NCBI GenBank assembly: GCA_964373795.1
Contig: CAYJVY010000010.1
Coordinates: 17,710-49,709 of the forward strand
Reading direction: 5' to 3'
Length of the DNA stretch: 32,000 bases
DNA from: an uncultured archaeon
GTDB taxonomy: Archaea > Iainarchaeota > Iainarchaeia > Iainarchaeales > DATDZZ01
Shown here in pieces: positions 13,591 through 22,709 of this stretch. Under the pieces are notes generated by a model, which saw only the letters and a program-made list of their open reading frames with translations, had not been told where the DNA came from and did no database searches. Each line of letters begins with the position of its first letter. Position 1 is the stretch's first letter. Position numbers and translations under genes: made by a program.

Positions 13591-16248
13591 ATGGCAAAAG
13601 ATCCAAATTGTGGAATGACTGTGGATGAAAAAAAAGCAAAGTTTGTTTCCAATAAAGGTGGAAAGAAAACTTATTTTTGTTCATTAAATTGTTTGAAGAC
13701 TTTCGAATCCAAACATGGTTCGAAAGCTTCTTCCGCAAAAACTACAAAAATGCCAGAAAAAATAGCGCTTAAAAATTCAAAAATTGAAGGCACTAATTCG
13801 AAACTTATTTCAATTACTGGAATGCATTGTGCTTCTTGTTCTCAAACAATTGAAAAAGCATTAACAAAACTGCCAGGAGTTGTTTCTGCTAATGTTAATT
13901 TTGCTTCTTCTAAAGCATTAGTGAAATACGATGCAAGTAAAGTTGGGGAAAAAGAATTTTTTTCCGCAGTTGAAAAATCAGGATATGGGGTAGTTAAAGA
14001 AGAATTTGGTGGAGAAGGAAAAGAGATTTTAGCAAAGATTGATATAATTGGAATGAGTTCACAACATTGTGTTGGAGTTGTAGAACAAACCCTGCATAAA
14101 TTACATGGATTAGACAATATAAAAGTTAATCTTGGAACACAAACAGCAGAATTCCTTTATAATAAAGAGAAAATTTCTTTGCAGGAAATAATTTCTGCAA
14201 TAAAGAATTCTGGATATGAGGCAAGAATTGCTTTGCCTGAAGATAAGGAAAAAATCGCTCGCGAAAAAGAAATTCAGGAATACAAATTCAAATTCGTGGT
14301 TTCTTTTTTGCTTTCTGCTCCTTTGATGATTTTCGCAATAGGCCCGGCAGTAGGAATTGTTTTGCCTGAATTTATTAAGCAAAACTTTTTAGCAATTCAA
14401 TTTCTTTTAGCAACTCCTGTAATTCTTATAGGTTACAAATTTTTCACAAACGGTTTCAGAGCTCTTTTCATTAACAGAATTCCAAACATGGATTCTTTGG
14501 TTGCATTAGGAGTAGGAGCCGCTTATGTTTGGAGTATTTTTTCTTCTCTGCAAATTCTTTCTGAAATTCCAGGATTTGGAGTGGACTCATTATATTATGA
14601 AATATCTGCATTTTTGTTGACATTCATCATTTTAGGAAAATATTTGGAAGCAGTTGCAAAAGGCAAAACTTCTGAAGCAATCAAAAAACTTTTAGGCTTG
14701 AAGCCAAAAACTGCTTTTGTTGAACGCGCAGGAAAAGAATTGGAAATTCAAATTGACGAGGTTCTAATAGGAGATATTGTAATAGTAAAACCTGGACAAA
14801 AAATTCCAGTTGATGGAACAGTTGTTTCTGGAGACAGTTATGTTGATGAATCAATGATTTCAGGAGAACCATTGCCTGTGCACAAAATTGTTGGCAGTAA
14901 AGTAATTGGTGCAACAATTAACAAACAAGGTTTTTTCAAATTTCGTGCAGAAAAAGTTGGCAGTGAAACAATGTTGGCTCACATTATTAGAATGGTTGAA
15001 GAAGCTCAAGGCTCTAAAGCTCCAATTCAAGAATTTGCTGACAGAATTTCTTCATGGTTTGTTCCAGTAGTTATTGCTTTAGCAATTATTTCTTCTCTTG
15101 CATGGCTTTTAGTTGGCCAGCCTTTTTTGTTTGTTTTACAAATATTTATTACTGTTTTAATTATTGCTTGTCCTTGTGCTTTAGGTTTAGCTACTCCTAC
15201 TGCTGTAATGGTTGGCACTGGTTTAGGAGCTCAAAATGGAATTTTATTCAAATCAGCTGCTTCTTTGCAGAAAGCCCATGAAGTTCAAACAATTGTTTTT
15301 GATAAGACTGGCACGCTTACAAAAGGCAAGCCAGAAGTAACAAATATTGTTTCAGTGAATGGAAAAAAAGATTTAGATGTTTTAAGTTTTGCAGCTATTG
15401 CTGAAAAAAATTCAGAGCATCCATTAGCTGAAGCAATTTTAAACAAAGCTAATTCTTTAAAGTTAAAAGTTGTTTCTCCAAAAAATTTTGAAGCAGTTTC
15501 AGGTAAAGGAGTTAATGCTTTTTTTAAGGGAACAAAAATTCTTGTAGGAAATAAAAAATTTTTTTTAGAGCAAAAAATTTCTTTTAAAGAACTTGAAGAA
15601 AAAATTTTTGCGCTGGAATTAGAAGCAAAAACAGTTGTATTAATTGCAGTTAATGGAAAGCTTTTAGGTGCAATAGCTATTGCTGATTCTTTAAAGGATT
15701 TCTCTAAAGAAGCTGTTCAAGAACTTCATAATTTAGGAAAAGAGATTGTAATGATTACTGGAGACAATAAGACTACTGCTGAAGCAATTGCTAAACAAGT
15801 AGGCATTGATTTTGTTTTAGCAGAGGTTTTACCCGAACAGAAAGCTCAAAAAGTTAAAGAACTTCAGTCTTCGGGAAAAAAGGTTGCATTTGTTGGAGAC
15901 GGAATTAACGATGCCCCTGCATTAGCTCAATCAGATGTTGGAATTGCAATTGGTTCTGGAACTGATATTGCAATTGAAGCAGGAGAAATTGTTTTAATTA
16001 AAAATGATTTAAGAGATGTTGTTACAGCAATTGATTTATCTGCTTACACTATTAGAAAGATTAAGCAAAACTTTTTTTGGGCATTTATTTACAATGTTGC
16101 TGGTCTTCCATTAGCTGCAGGAATTTTATATCCTTTAATTGGATGGCTTTTAAATCCAGTTATTGCTGGAATTGCAATGGCTTTTTCCTCTGTATCAGTT
16201 GTATCCAATACCTTGCTAATGAAGGGCTTTAAGCCTAGAATAAAGTGA
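13591..16248 (+). CDS. copA: Cu(I)-translocating P1B-type ATPase
   Basis: GAGG at 13581-13584 favours ATG 13591 over ATG 13579. N-terminal TRASH/YHS-like CGM-x20-FCSLNC. HMA 1 has GMHCASC; HMA 2 is degenerate (GMSSQHC). Also [44 protein letters not shown]. Confidence 0.95.
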   Translation: MAKDPNCGMTVDEKKAKFVSNKGGKKTYFCSLNCLKTFESKHGSKASSAKTTKMPEKIALKNSKIEGTNSKLISITGMHCASCSQTIEKALTKLPGVVSANVNFASSKALVKYDASKVGEKEFFSAVEKSGYGVVKEEFGGEGKEILAKIDIIGMSSQHCVGVVEQTLHKLHGLDNIKVNLGTQTAEFLYNKEKISLQEIISAIKNSGYEARIALPEDKEKIAREKEIQEYKFKFVVSFLLSAPLMIFAIGPAVGIVLPEFIKQNFLAIQFLLATPVILIGYKFFTNGFRALFINRIPNMDSLVALGVGAAYVWSIFSSLQILSEIPGFGVDSLYYEISAFLLTFIILGKYLEAVAKGKTSEAIKKLLGLKPKTAFVERAGKELEIQIDEVLIGDIVIVKPGQKIPVDGTVVSGDSYVDESMISGEPLPVHKIVGSKVIGATINKQGFFKFRAEKVGSETMLAHIIRMVEEAQGSKAPIQEFADRISSWFVPVVIALAIISSLAWLLVGQPFLFVLQIFITVLIIACPCALGLATPTAVMVGTGLGAQNGILFKSAASLQKAHEVQTIVFDKTGTLTKGKPEVTNIVSVNGKKDLDVLSFAAIAEKNSEHPLAEAILNKANSLKLKVVSPKNFEAVSGKGVNAFFKGTKILVGNKKFFLEQKISFKELEEKIFALELEAKTVVLIAVNGKLLGAIAIADSLKDFSKEAVQELHNLGKEIVMITGDNKTTAEAIAKQVGIDFVLAEVLPEQKAQKVKELQSSGKKVAFVGDGINDAPALAQSDVGIAIGSGTDIAIEAGEIVLIKNDLRDVVTAIDLSAYTIRKIKQNFFWAFIYNVAGLPLAAGILYPLIGWLLNPVIAGIAMAFSSVSVVSNTLLMKGFKPRIK

Positions 16249-16653
16249 TTAAAGTTTTTTTTCCATATAATATTCTTTTGCAATTTTTTTATATCCTTGT
16301 TTTTCATAAAATTTTGTAGCTTTTTGATTTTTTATTTCAACATTAATGCATGAAATTTTTGCTCCAAGTTTTTTCAATCTTTTTTCAGCTTCTTTTAATA
16401 ATTTTTTTCCTATTCCCATTTTTTGATATTCTGGACTAACTCCTAATCTATAAATTGATGAATCCCAGTTATCAAAAGTAAAGAAAACACATCCAATAAT
16501 TTTTCCTTGTTCTTCTGCTACAATTATTGAGTTTTTAGGAGTCTTAGAATTAAGTTTTTTCTTTGAATCAAAGTTTTTATCAAATAATCCAACTAATTGT
16601 AGCAATTTTTTTACTTGAATATAGTCTTGTGGTTTATAGTTTCTTATTTTCAT
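16249..16653 (-). CDS. GNAT-family N-acetyltransferase
   Basis: 134 aa. IIGCVFF ... IYRLGVSPEYQKMGIGKKLLKEAEKRLKKLGA ... KFYEKQGY (acetyl-CoA binding Q/RxxGxG/A motif). Confidence 0.85.
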   Translation of the reverse strand: MKIRNYKPQDYIQVKKLLQLVGLFDKNFDSKKKLNSKTPKNSIIVAEEQGKIIGCVFFTFDNWDSSIYRLGVSPEYQKMGIGKKLLKEAEKRLKKLGAKISCINVEIKNQKATKFYEKQGYKKIAKEYYMEKKL

Positions 16654-16699
16654 TAAATATTATTTAATAAAAATAAAGAAAAAGGAATTAGTTATCAAA

Positions 16700-16877
16700 T
16701 CATTTGTTCATTTTCTTGTCGTCAATAAATTCGTTTAACTCTGTTTGGGAATAATCAAGTGTTTTTGTGAAACCTGTTCCATCTTTTGTTAGTGGGTTTG
16801 TTATTTTTCCTTCTTCTAACTATTTTATTTGTTTGCCTGAGTCTTCTGCTACATTAATTGTTTTTTTCAAGTCGCCT
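16700..16877 (-). pseudogene. Orphan, decayed C-terminal cassette homologous to the pre-tip segment of the 1665-aa protein
   Basis: Minus-strand translation: GDLKKTINVAEDSGKQIK*LEEGKITNPLTKDGTGFTKTLDYSQTELNEFIDDKKMNK*. The first 18 residues are identical to the giant protein (GDLKKTINVAEDSGKQIKWLEEG). The Trp codon is TAG here (16820-16822). The sequence after LEEG is unrelated. There is no start codon. Confidence 0.75.
16807..16877. repeat. 71-nt near-identical direct repeat, copy A (partner 17999-18069)
   Basis: TTCCTTCTTCTAACTATTTTATTTGTTTGCCTGAGTCTTCTGCTACATTAATTGTTTTTTTCAAGTCGCCT compared with copy B: 2 mismatches, with 56 consecutive identical nt. Confidence 0.9.
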
Positions 16878-16897
16878 GATGTTGCACTAAATTGATA

Positions 16898-16955
16898 CTG
16901 CGAGGCTCGAAGAGCCCGCAGAGTTATTACAGGGTCATAGGGGCGGAGCCCCTAT
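16898..16955. other. Two adjacent GC-rich stem-loops in an AT-rich intergenic region
   Basis: Hairpin 1 (16898-16921): CTGCG(A)GGCTC-GAA-GAGCCCGCAG, 10 bp with one bulge. Hairpin 2 (16937-16955): ATAGGGG-CGGAG-CCCCTAT, 7 bp. Confidence 0.6.
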
Positions 16956-17038
16956 TGTCATTAGCCAATTGTTATTTTTAGGCCTGTTTGTATGCTTTGC
17001 TTGCTAGTTCTATTATTCCTGTTTTGGATATCAGTTAG

Positions 17039-17689
17039 TTAAAGATTATTAATTATTTTAAATATGTTTTGTTTGAACTCTTTTGGTAGTGTTTTAGCTT
17101 TATTTTCTATTGCTTTTAGGATTGCTTCCTTGACGTTTTTGTCTTTATCGTGAACAAGTTTTTCTGAGACTATTTTTTGTATTTGTGTTGGCAGGTTATT
17201 ATAATTCCAAATGATGCTGTATACAATAGTTGCCCTAGTCAGAGAATTTTTGTTGCCAGCAGCATCCGTAAAAATTTTTTGTATTTGTTTTGGTAAAATG
17301 TTGAAATTTTTTGCAATGATACCATATTTTATTGTTGGTGTTGTTTCTTCTGCTGTTTTTGGTTTTTCTAAAATTATTTTGCAAATTAAGTTGTTTATCT
17401 GTTTTTCTTTTAATGTTTCTTCGAAGGCTTTTTCATATAAATCTGAGATATATTCTGACCCTCCGTCTGTTTTTATGATTTTTTTTTGTGTAAATTTTTC
17501 AAAAAGGTTGTTGAAGTTGTTTTTATATTTTATATTGAATTTTTTGCATAGGTATTCAAAGGCGTTTTTGTATTCTTTTCCTTGATTATAGCTTGTTCCA
17601 AAATAATACCATATAGTTAAAAACAATTGTTCCTCGTAGTCCATTTCAAGGATTTTTTTTGTTGCTTTTTGTATTTCTAGTTCTTGCAT
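17039..17689 (-). CDS. Repeat-containing cytoplasmic protein, candidate immunity protein for the upstream C-terminal tip
   Basis: AAGGAG (forward CTCCTT at 17699-17704) lies 9 nt upstream of ATG 17689 and 8 nt after the giant gene stop; the track start at 17743 overlaps the giant gene. 216 aa with no signal peptide. Three HEAT-like repeats: ILPKQIQKIF, NLPTQIQKIV, TLPKEFKQNIF. Confidence 0.65.
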   Translation of the reverse strand: MQELEIQKATKKILEMDYEEQLFLTIWYYFGTSYNQGKEYKNAFEYLCKKFNIKYKNNFNNLFEKFTQKKIIKTDGGSEYISDLYEKAFEETLKEKQINNLICKIILEKPKTAEETTPTIKYGIIAKNFNILPKQIQKIFTDAAGNKNSLTRATIVYSIIWNYNNLPTQIQKIVSEKLVHDKDKNVKEAILKAIENKAKTLPKEFKQNIFKIINNL

Positions 17690-17711
17690 ATTTGTTTGCT
17701 CCTTAAATTTT

Positions 17712-20700
17712 TTATTTGCATTGGAAATTGTCATATGTTTCATATTTTGGAGGGTAAGAGGTTATTATACTTCCATCGCTTCCAACAATTGTTGCCATGA
17801 ATTTTGCTCCAATTTTTAGTAAATAGCACTCTTTTGGAGGTTTTCCGTCAATTGTTTTGCCTAGCAATTTTTTTCCAGGATTTTTAATTGACTCAAATAT
17901 TTTAGACTGAATTATTTCGTTGTCATTTAGCCCAATTTTTGCAAAATCTCCACTATCAACATGTTTTGTTTTTATGTGTTGCCAGCCCTTGTATTGGTTT
18001 CCTTCTTCTAGCCATTTTATTTGTTTGCCTGAGTCTTCTGCTACATTAATTGTTTTTTTCAAGTCGCCTCCTTTTTCTAGAACTGTTTCCATGTTTTTTA
18101 CTGGAACATTTTTTGTGTTCTTTAATCTATTTATTGCTTCGACTCCATCGTCTCCGTAATGCTTTAACAAATTCGGCAACGCATCAATTGTTTCTTTTTT
18201 TGCTCCTCTTTCGAATAGTATTCCTAGATTTTTTAATTCCTTTAACTGTGTTTTGTTAAACGTTCTAGTAATAGTACTTTTCACTCCTTTTGTTACTACT
18301 TCAAAAGTGATTTTTGCTTTTTTTGCGATTTTAACTAGATTTTCAACAGCATTTGCTATCTTGCTTAATTTGTACCATTTTTTTGCAGAATCTAAGACTC
18401 TGACTGTTTTTACACTAGCGATTCCAAAATCTACTAAAGGGCCATCAGCTGGAACTATTATTGCTATAACATTTCCAACACTTAAAAGTGTATCCACTAA
18501 TCCCCATATAGTCCATTCTCCTCTACACCAATCTCCAAAAGCAAATTCGCAAGCAATATTGAATCCAAGATCCGCAAAAGTCTTATCTGCGTTATCCTCT
18601 AATTCCAGTATTTCAACATCAATTGTTGATACAGTTCCATCTGGCAACAAATTATTTTCACTGCCATTAAGCACAGCAAAAGATGTTCCGCCAAATTGTT
18701 TGCTTAAATATTGTGTTCCATCCATTACTCCGTCTCCGTCAGAGTCTTTTTTTATAGGATTTGTTCGTGTAACAGTTGTTTCCTCTAAATCTGTTAAACC
18801 ATCGTTATCTGTGTCTTCTTTGAATGCATTTGTTCCATAAACTTTTAATTCATGATAGTCATCTAAACCATCATCATCTGAATCTTTTTTGTTTGGATCT
18901 GATCTTAATGCATAATAGTTTCCGCCGATTGGTAGAATTGTTACTTCTCCCATTTCAAATCCATCGCTTACTCCGTCTCCATCAGAATCATATTTTTGTG
19001 GATCTGTGTAAATGTATTTGAATGTTCCTGTTCGCATTCCACTTGATTCTTCATTATTTGTTAATCCATCTCCATCTGAATCTGGGGCTATTAAAATGCT
19101 TTTACAAGCAGAATTATCGAATTCGCTTGATTCTGCAATTACGTTGTCTGGATCTAGTACTAGGCAAACTCTTTCAACTCCGTATTCTGCATACCAAGTT
19201 ATTTGTGTTAGCCTCATGCTGTTGCCTGCAATGCTTGAAATTGTTGTTGAAGAAATCTCTGTTCCAGTAGAGTTATTTCTTCTAAATGAAACTTTTACAT
19301 TGTTTGCTGTTTCAGTGTCGTTGTTTCTTATATTTGCTTTTATTTTAATTGCATTGCCAGATAAGTATGTGTTTTGGAAATCAATTATTCCATTCCATGT
19401 TTTTCCATATGGATTGGAATTTGACAAAAAATAACTGCTAAAATGAGTTGTTTTTCCCCAGACGTATTTTTCTGTGGAGTTTATTCCTTGAATTTCTAAT
19501 GGTTTGAAAACCATTTTTTCTTCGTCTAAATAATAAAGCCTTAATTCGTTTGATTGTAAGCCTTTTAATTCTTCTTCTGTGTAATAGAATCTCATTTCTG
19601 CTTCATTGAATGAGTTATTACCTTTAATGTTAAATTTTGCTCCTTTGATTAAAGTAGTTGTATCAACTGTTGAAGGCAAATCAGTTGGATCTTCAACTAT
19701 CGAGATTTTTTTCCTCAAGTCTCCTTTTCCTGTGACAATTAGTTTTGTGTCTTGGCTTTGTGTTGGAATTTCTTGAATAAATATTTCTTGCCCATCTGGA
19801 ATTCCATCATTATCTGAATCATTTGTTAAAATATTTGTGCCAAAAGAGATTTCTGCTTCGTCATTTAATCCGTCTCCATCTGAATCTTTTGAAATTGGAT
19901 TTGAATGAAGTTCATTTATTTCTTTGTAGTCTGTTATTCCATCAAAATCAGAATCGTTTGTGTCAGGATTTGTTCCAAAATTAAATTCCTGTAATGCTGT
20001 CAAACCATCTCCATCCAAATCAATTAATGCATCACTTGAAATTGAATCTGTTGAAGTTTGATTTGGATTTGTTCCTTGAATAAATGCTTCAAAATAATCA
20101 TTTAATCCATCTCCATCCGAGTCAGCATTAAATGGATTTGTTTTTCCTTTGAATTCCTCTAAATTATTTAATTTGTCGCCATCAAAGTCTTCATCTGCAT
20201 CACTTACGCCATCAAAATCAGAGTCTTTTAGTAATGGGTTTGTAAGTAAAACATTTTTTTCATAGTCTTCTGGAAGAGTGTCCCCATCAAGCAAAAATGT
20301 TTTTTCCCATGTAGATTCATTTCCCGCAATATCTCTTGCAATAATTTTGTATTGGTTTTCTCCAAGGATAAACTTTGAATTGAATACAAACAAACCATTT
20401 TCATCAACATTTAAAGTTAAATTGTTTAACGTGACATAAATTCCTGGCTCTGTTTCTCCTATTATCAAGTACTCTGATTCCTCTATTGTTGTATCTGTAA
20501 TAGAGTCATTAATTGAAAGCATTGGAGGGGTATTGTCAATGATTATTTGTGTTGATTTTTCCGCTGTATTTCCTGCCTTGTCTTCTGCTGTTATTTTTAA
20601 TTCGTGTGAACCGTCTTCAAATTCTGTTGTGTTTAAATTGAATGGTAGTATTGAGTTTAAAAAATTTGAATCTAAAAATACTTGGAGTTGTTTCAAGTTT

Positions 20701-22709
20701 TTTTCTATTATGTTTGCGTTCACGGAAACAATTTGCCTTAAATGGCTTCCAGTGCTTGGATTAATGTTTTCAATTTTTGGAGGAGTGTTGTCAAATTCTA
20801 CTTGAGTTGTTTTTTCGTTTTCGTTCCCTGCTTTGTCGTTTGCATAATATTTTATTTCATGCAATCCGTCAGCGTACTTTGTAGAGTCAACTTGGTAAGG
20901 CAAATGATTTGATATCTGCAGACCATCTATGAAGAGTTTTGTTAAATCTAAGTACAAGTCGTAAGTGCTTCCAAGTACATCAAATACCCCTCGCAGAAAT
21001 GCTCCTGTCAAAGGATAAGTAATTTCAATGCTTGGAGGAGTTTTGTCTATTACGAAACTCACTTGCTTTGTTGCAGTGTTTCCTGCTTTATCTGTTGAAG
21101 AAACTAAAAGCAAGTGCTCGAATTCTGTTGAAATAATTTCTCCCAAAACATATGCTTGGTTGTTGAGTAAAAAAGTATTCGTGTCAGGGTTTAGTTCTAC
21201 TACATTAATTAATGGAAGCACGTTTGAATTGTAGAATTTTCCTTCTTCTATTCCTGTAATAAATATTTTTGGAAGAGTGTTGTCGACTGTTACTTGAATT
21301 GTTGTTGTGTTAGTGTTTCCTGCTAGGTCTTTTGCAAATAAAAGAATTTCATGTAATCCATCTGATGCTTCATTTAAAGTGTTCCAGTTAAAGGAATTAT
21401 TTTGAGTTTTTGCTTGGCCATCTATTCTCCATTCAAGAAAATTAAAGTATTTATCTGTTGCAGTGCCTGAAACACTAATGTTTTGTCTCAAGAAAGAATT
21501 GTGCAGAGGAGAAATTATTTTTACTTCTGGAGGAGTTTTATCTATTGCAAATTTGTATTCTAGAATCGATTCGTTTCCTGCTAAGTCTTTTGCTGTTGCG
21601 CGTAAAATATATTCGTTTTCATTAGAGACCTTGGATCCTGAAACAAATTCTGCAGAATTCAAAGTTGTTTGTGTTTCACTTAAATGCTTGTCTATGATTA
21701 AAATTTCAGGATTCAAATCATAATTGTAGTAAGAATTGTTTTCTACTCCTAAAAATTCAATTTTTGGAGGAGTAATGTCTAAAACTATTTCAATGCTTTC
21801 ACTTTTCCCTGTATTGCCGAATCTGTCAGTTGAAAAAACAGTAACTAAATTATTTCCATCTACTAATGGAACAGTTCCAGAATAAACCCCGCTAATCAAA
21901 GGGAACTCGTAATTTGAGTCATTCACTTGAACTACAACTGAATTAATTGTCTGCAATTGTACATCCCAAACAGTTCCAGAAACTGTTTGCATTTCTTGGT
22001 TTGTGTAAATGTTTGTTTGCGGAGATGAAATAAAAACTAAAGGAATTGTGAATTCATCTAGTAAGCTTAGGCCAGCAAATCCTTCAATCCAGGAGTTCTT
22101 GAAGTGTTCTATTGAATTAGGCGAGTTACCTATGTTCAACTGGTGTTGTGCCTTGTCATAGCTTTCTTTTGCTTTCTGTAAATGGTTTGAAGCCTGCAGG
22201 AAAACGTTTTCATCTTCTATTTCTGGTAGAACCTTTTCAATTACTTCAATCAAGTTTTTGGAAATATTTTGATCTGCTTGTACAAGCCTACTTATTGCAA
22301 ACAATAGTTTGTTGTTATCCAGATTAGAGCTCTCCCTATTGTAAAGAGTTCTTATGAAATTTCCTGCTTTTTTTTCGAAAACAAAAACATTTGCATCCAA
22401 AATCAAGTCTTGCGTAATCCAGAATTCTGGTTTAAGGCTTGCCTCGACATTTGAATCTGCTTGCAAAAGCTTGTCAAGATCGTCTTCAACTGCTTCTGGA
22501 ATCAGTTCCTGTAAAAAACTTCTTGCTTGATTTTTCAACTCAAAAGGAGTCAAGTTTTCTTGTGTAAAAACCAATTCTGTGTCATTCAAATTATTCTGTG
22601 CATTCCCGGCTGCAAAAGCGCTGGAGAAGAATACAGTTATGAATAGCAAAACACAAATGCTTTGCCAAAACTTTTTTTCCACACGCATAAATATCATCTT
22701 TCTATCCAA
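17712..22709 (-). CDS. Giant secreted/anchored surface protein: Ig-like repeat array, TSP3-like Ca-binding repeats, CARDB-like domain, pre-toxin-like segment and short variable C-terminal tip (polymorphic-toxin-like)
   Basis: 1665 aa with an N-terminal hydrophobic signal (ICVLLFITVFFSSAFA). At least six repeats of about 95 aa, of the form (I/V)DKTPP ... DGLHE ... (A/T)KD(L/K)AGN ... DNTPP. Two blocks of D-x-D-x-DG-x-x-D repeats (DSDGDGLND, DSDFDGITD, DTDNDGLTD). ANIRNNDTETANNVKVSF looks CARDB-like. Hydrophobic WGLVDTLLSVGNVIAIIVPADGPLVDFG. The last 96 aa start at GNQYKGWQHIKTKH. Confidence 0.85.
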   Translation of the reverse strand: MDRKMIFMRVEKKFWQSICVLLFITVFFSSAFAAGNAQNNLNDTELVFTQENLTPFELKNQARSFLQELIPEAVEDDLDKLLQADSNVEASLKPEFWITQDLILDANVFVFEKKAGNFIRTLYNRESSNLDNNKLLFAISRLVQADQNISKNLIEVIEKVLPEIEDENVFLQASNHLQKAKESYDKAQHQLNIGNSPNSIEHFKNSWIEGFAGLSLLDEFTIPLVFISSPQTNIYTNQEMQTVSGTVWDVQLQTINSVVVQVNDSNYEFPLISGVYSGTVPLVDGNNLVTVFSTDRFGNTGKSESIEIVLDITPPKIEFLGVENNSYYNYDLNPEILIIDKHLSETQTTLNSAEFVSGSKVSNENEYILRATAKDLAGNESILEYKFAIDKTPPEVKIISPLHNSFLRQNISVSGTATDKYFNFLEWRIDGQAKTQNNSFNWNTLNEASDGLHEILLFAKDLAGNTNTTTIQVTVDNTLPKIFITGIEEGKFYNSNVLPLINVVELNPDTNTFLLNNQAYVLGEIISTEFEHLLLVSSTDKAGNTATKQVSFVIDKTPPSIEITYPLTGAFLRGVFDVLGSTYDLYLDLTKLFIDGLQISNHLPYQVDSTKYADGLHEIKYYANDKAGNENEKTTQVEFDNTPPKIENINPSTGSHLRQIVSVNANIIEKNLKQLQVFLDSNFLNSILPFNLNTTEFEDGSHELKITAEDKAGNTAEKSTQIIIDNTPPMLSINDSITDTTIEESEYLIIGETEPGIYVTLNNLTLNVDENGLFVFNSKFILGENQYKIIARDIAGNESTWEKTFLLDGDTLPEDYEKNVLLTNPLLKDSDFDGVSDADEDFDGDKLNNLEEFKGKTNPFNADSDGDGLNDYFEAFIQGTNPNQTSTDSISSDALIDLDGDGLTALQEFNFGTNPDTNDSDFDGITDYKEINELHSNPISKDSDGDGLNDEAEISFGTNILTNDSDNDGIPDGQEIFIQEIPTQSQDTKLIVTGKGDLRKKISIVEDPTDLPSTVDTTTLIKGAKFNIKGNNSFNEAEMRFYYTEEELKGLQSNELRLYYLDEEKMVFKPLEIQGINSTEKYVWGKTTHFSSYFLSNSNPYGKTWNGIIDFQNTYLSGNAIKIKANIRNNDTETANNVKVSFRRNNSTGTEISSTTISSIAGNSMRLTQITWYAEYGVERVCLVLDPDNVIAESSEFDNSACKSILIAPDSDGDGLTNNEESSGMRTGTFKYIYTDPQKYDSDGDGVSDGFEMGEVTILPIGGNYYALRSDPNKKDSDDDGLDDYHELKVYGTNAFKEDTDNDGLTDLEETTVTRTNPIKKDSDGDGVMDGTQYLSKQFGGTSFAVLNGSENNLLPDGTVSTIDVEILELEDNADKTFADLGFNIACEFAFGDWCRGEWTIWGLVDTLLSVGNVIAIIVPADGPLVDFGIASVKTVRVLDSAKKWYKLSKIANAVENLVKIAKKAKITFEVVTKGVKSTITRTFNKTQLKELKNLGILFERGAKKETIDALPNLLKHYGDDGVEAINRLKNTKNVPVKNMETVLEKGGDLKKTINVAEDSGKQIKWLEEGNQYKGWQHIKTKHVDSGDFAKIGLNDNEIIQSKIFESIKNPGKKLLGKTIDGKPPKECYLLKIGAKFMATIVGSDGSIITSYPPKYETYDNFQCK
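17999..18069. repeat. 71-nt near-identical direct repeat, copy B (partner 16807-16877)
   Basis: Lies inside the giant gene and encodes GDLKKTINVAEDSGKQIKWLEEG, immediately before the 96-aa C-terminal tip. Confidence 0.9.

Noticed and set aside
16902-16917. Possible att-like repeat of the tRNA-Ile 3' half at the far end of the 16.7-25.6 kb block (GAGGCTCGAA vs GAGACTCGAA)
   Set aside because: Only a 9-of-10 match that does not extend. The local sequence folds as a triloop hairpin rather than a T-arm, and no integrase is present. This is not enough to call an integrated island.
17920-21723. Series of plus-strand ORFs (17920, 18050, 18253, 18824, 19012, 19022, 20533, 21028, 21463)
   Set aside because: All are nested antisense within the 1665-aa gene and encode Ser/Phe/Leu-rich low-complexity sequence. 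The minus-strand frame carries coherent repeat domains.
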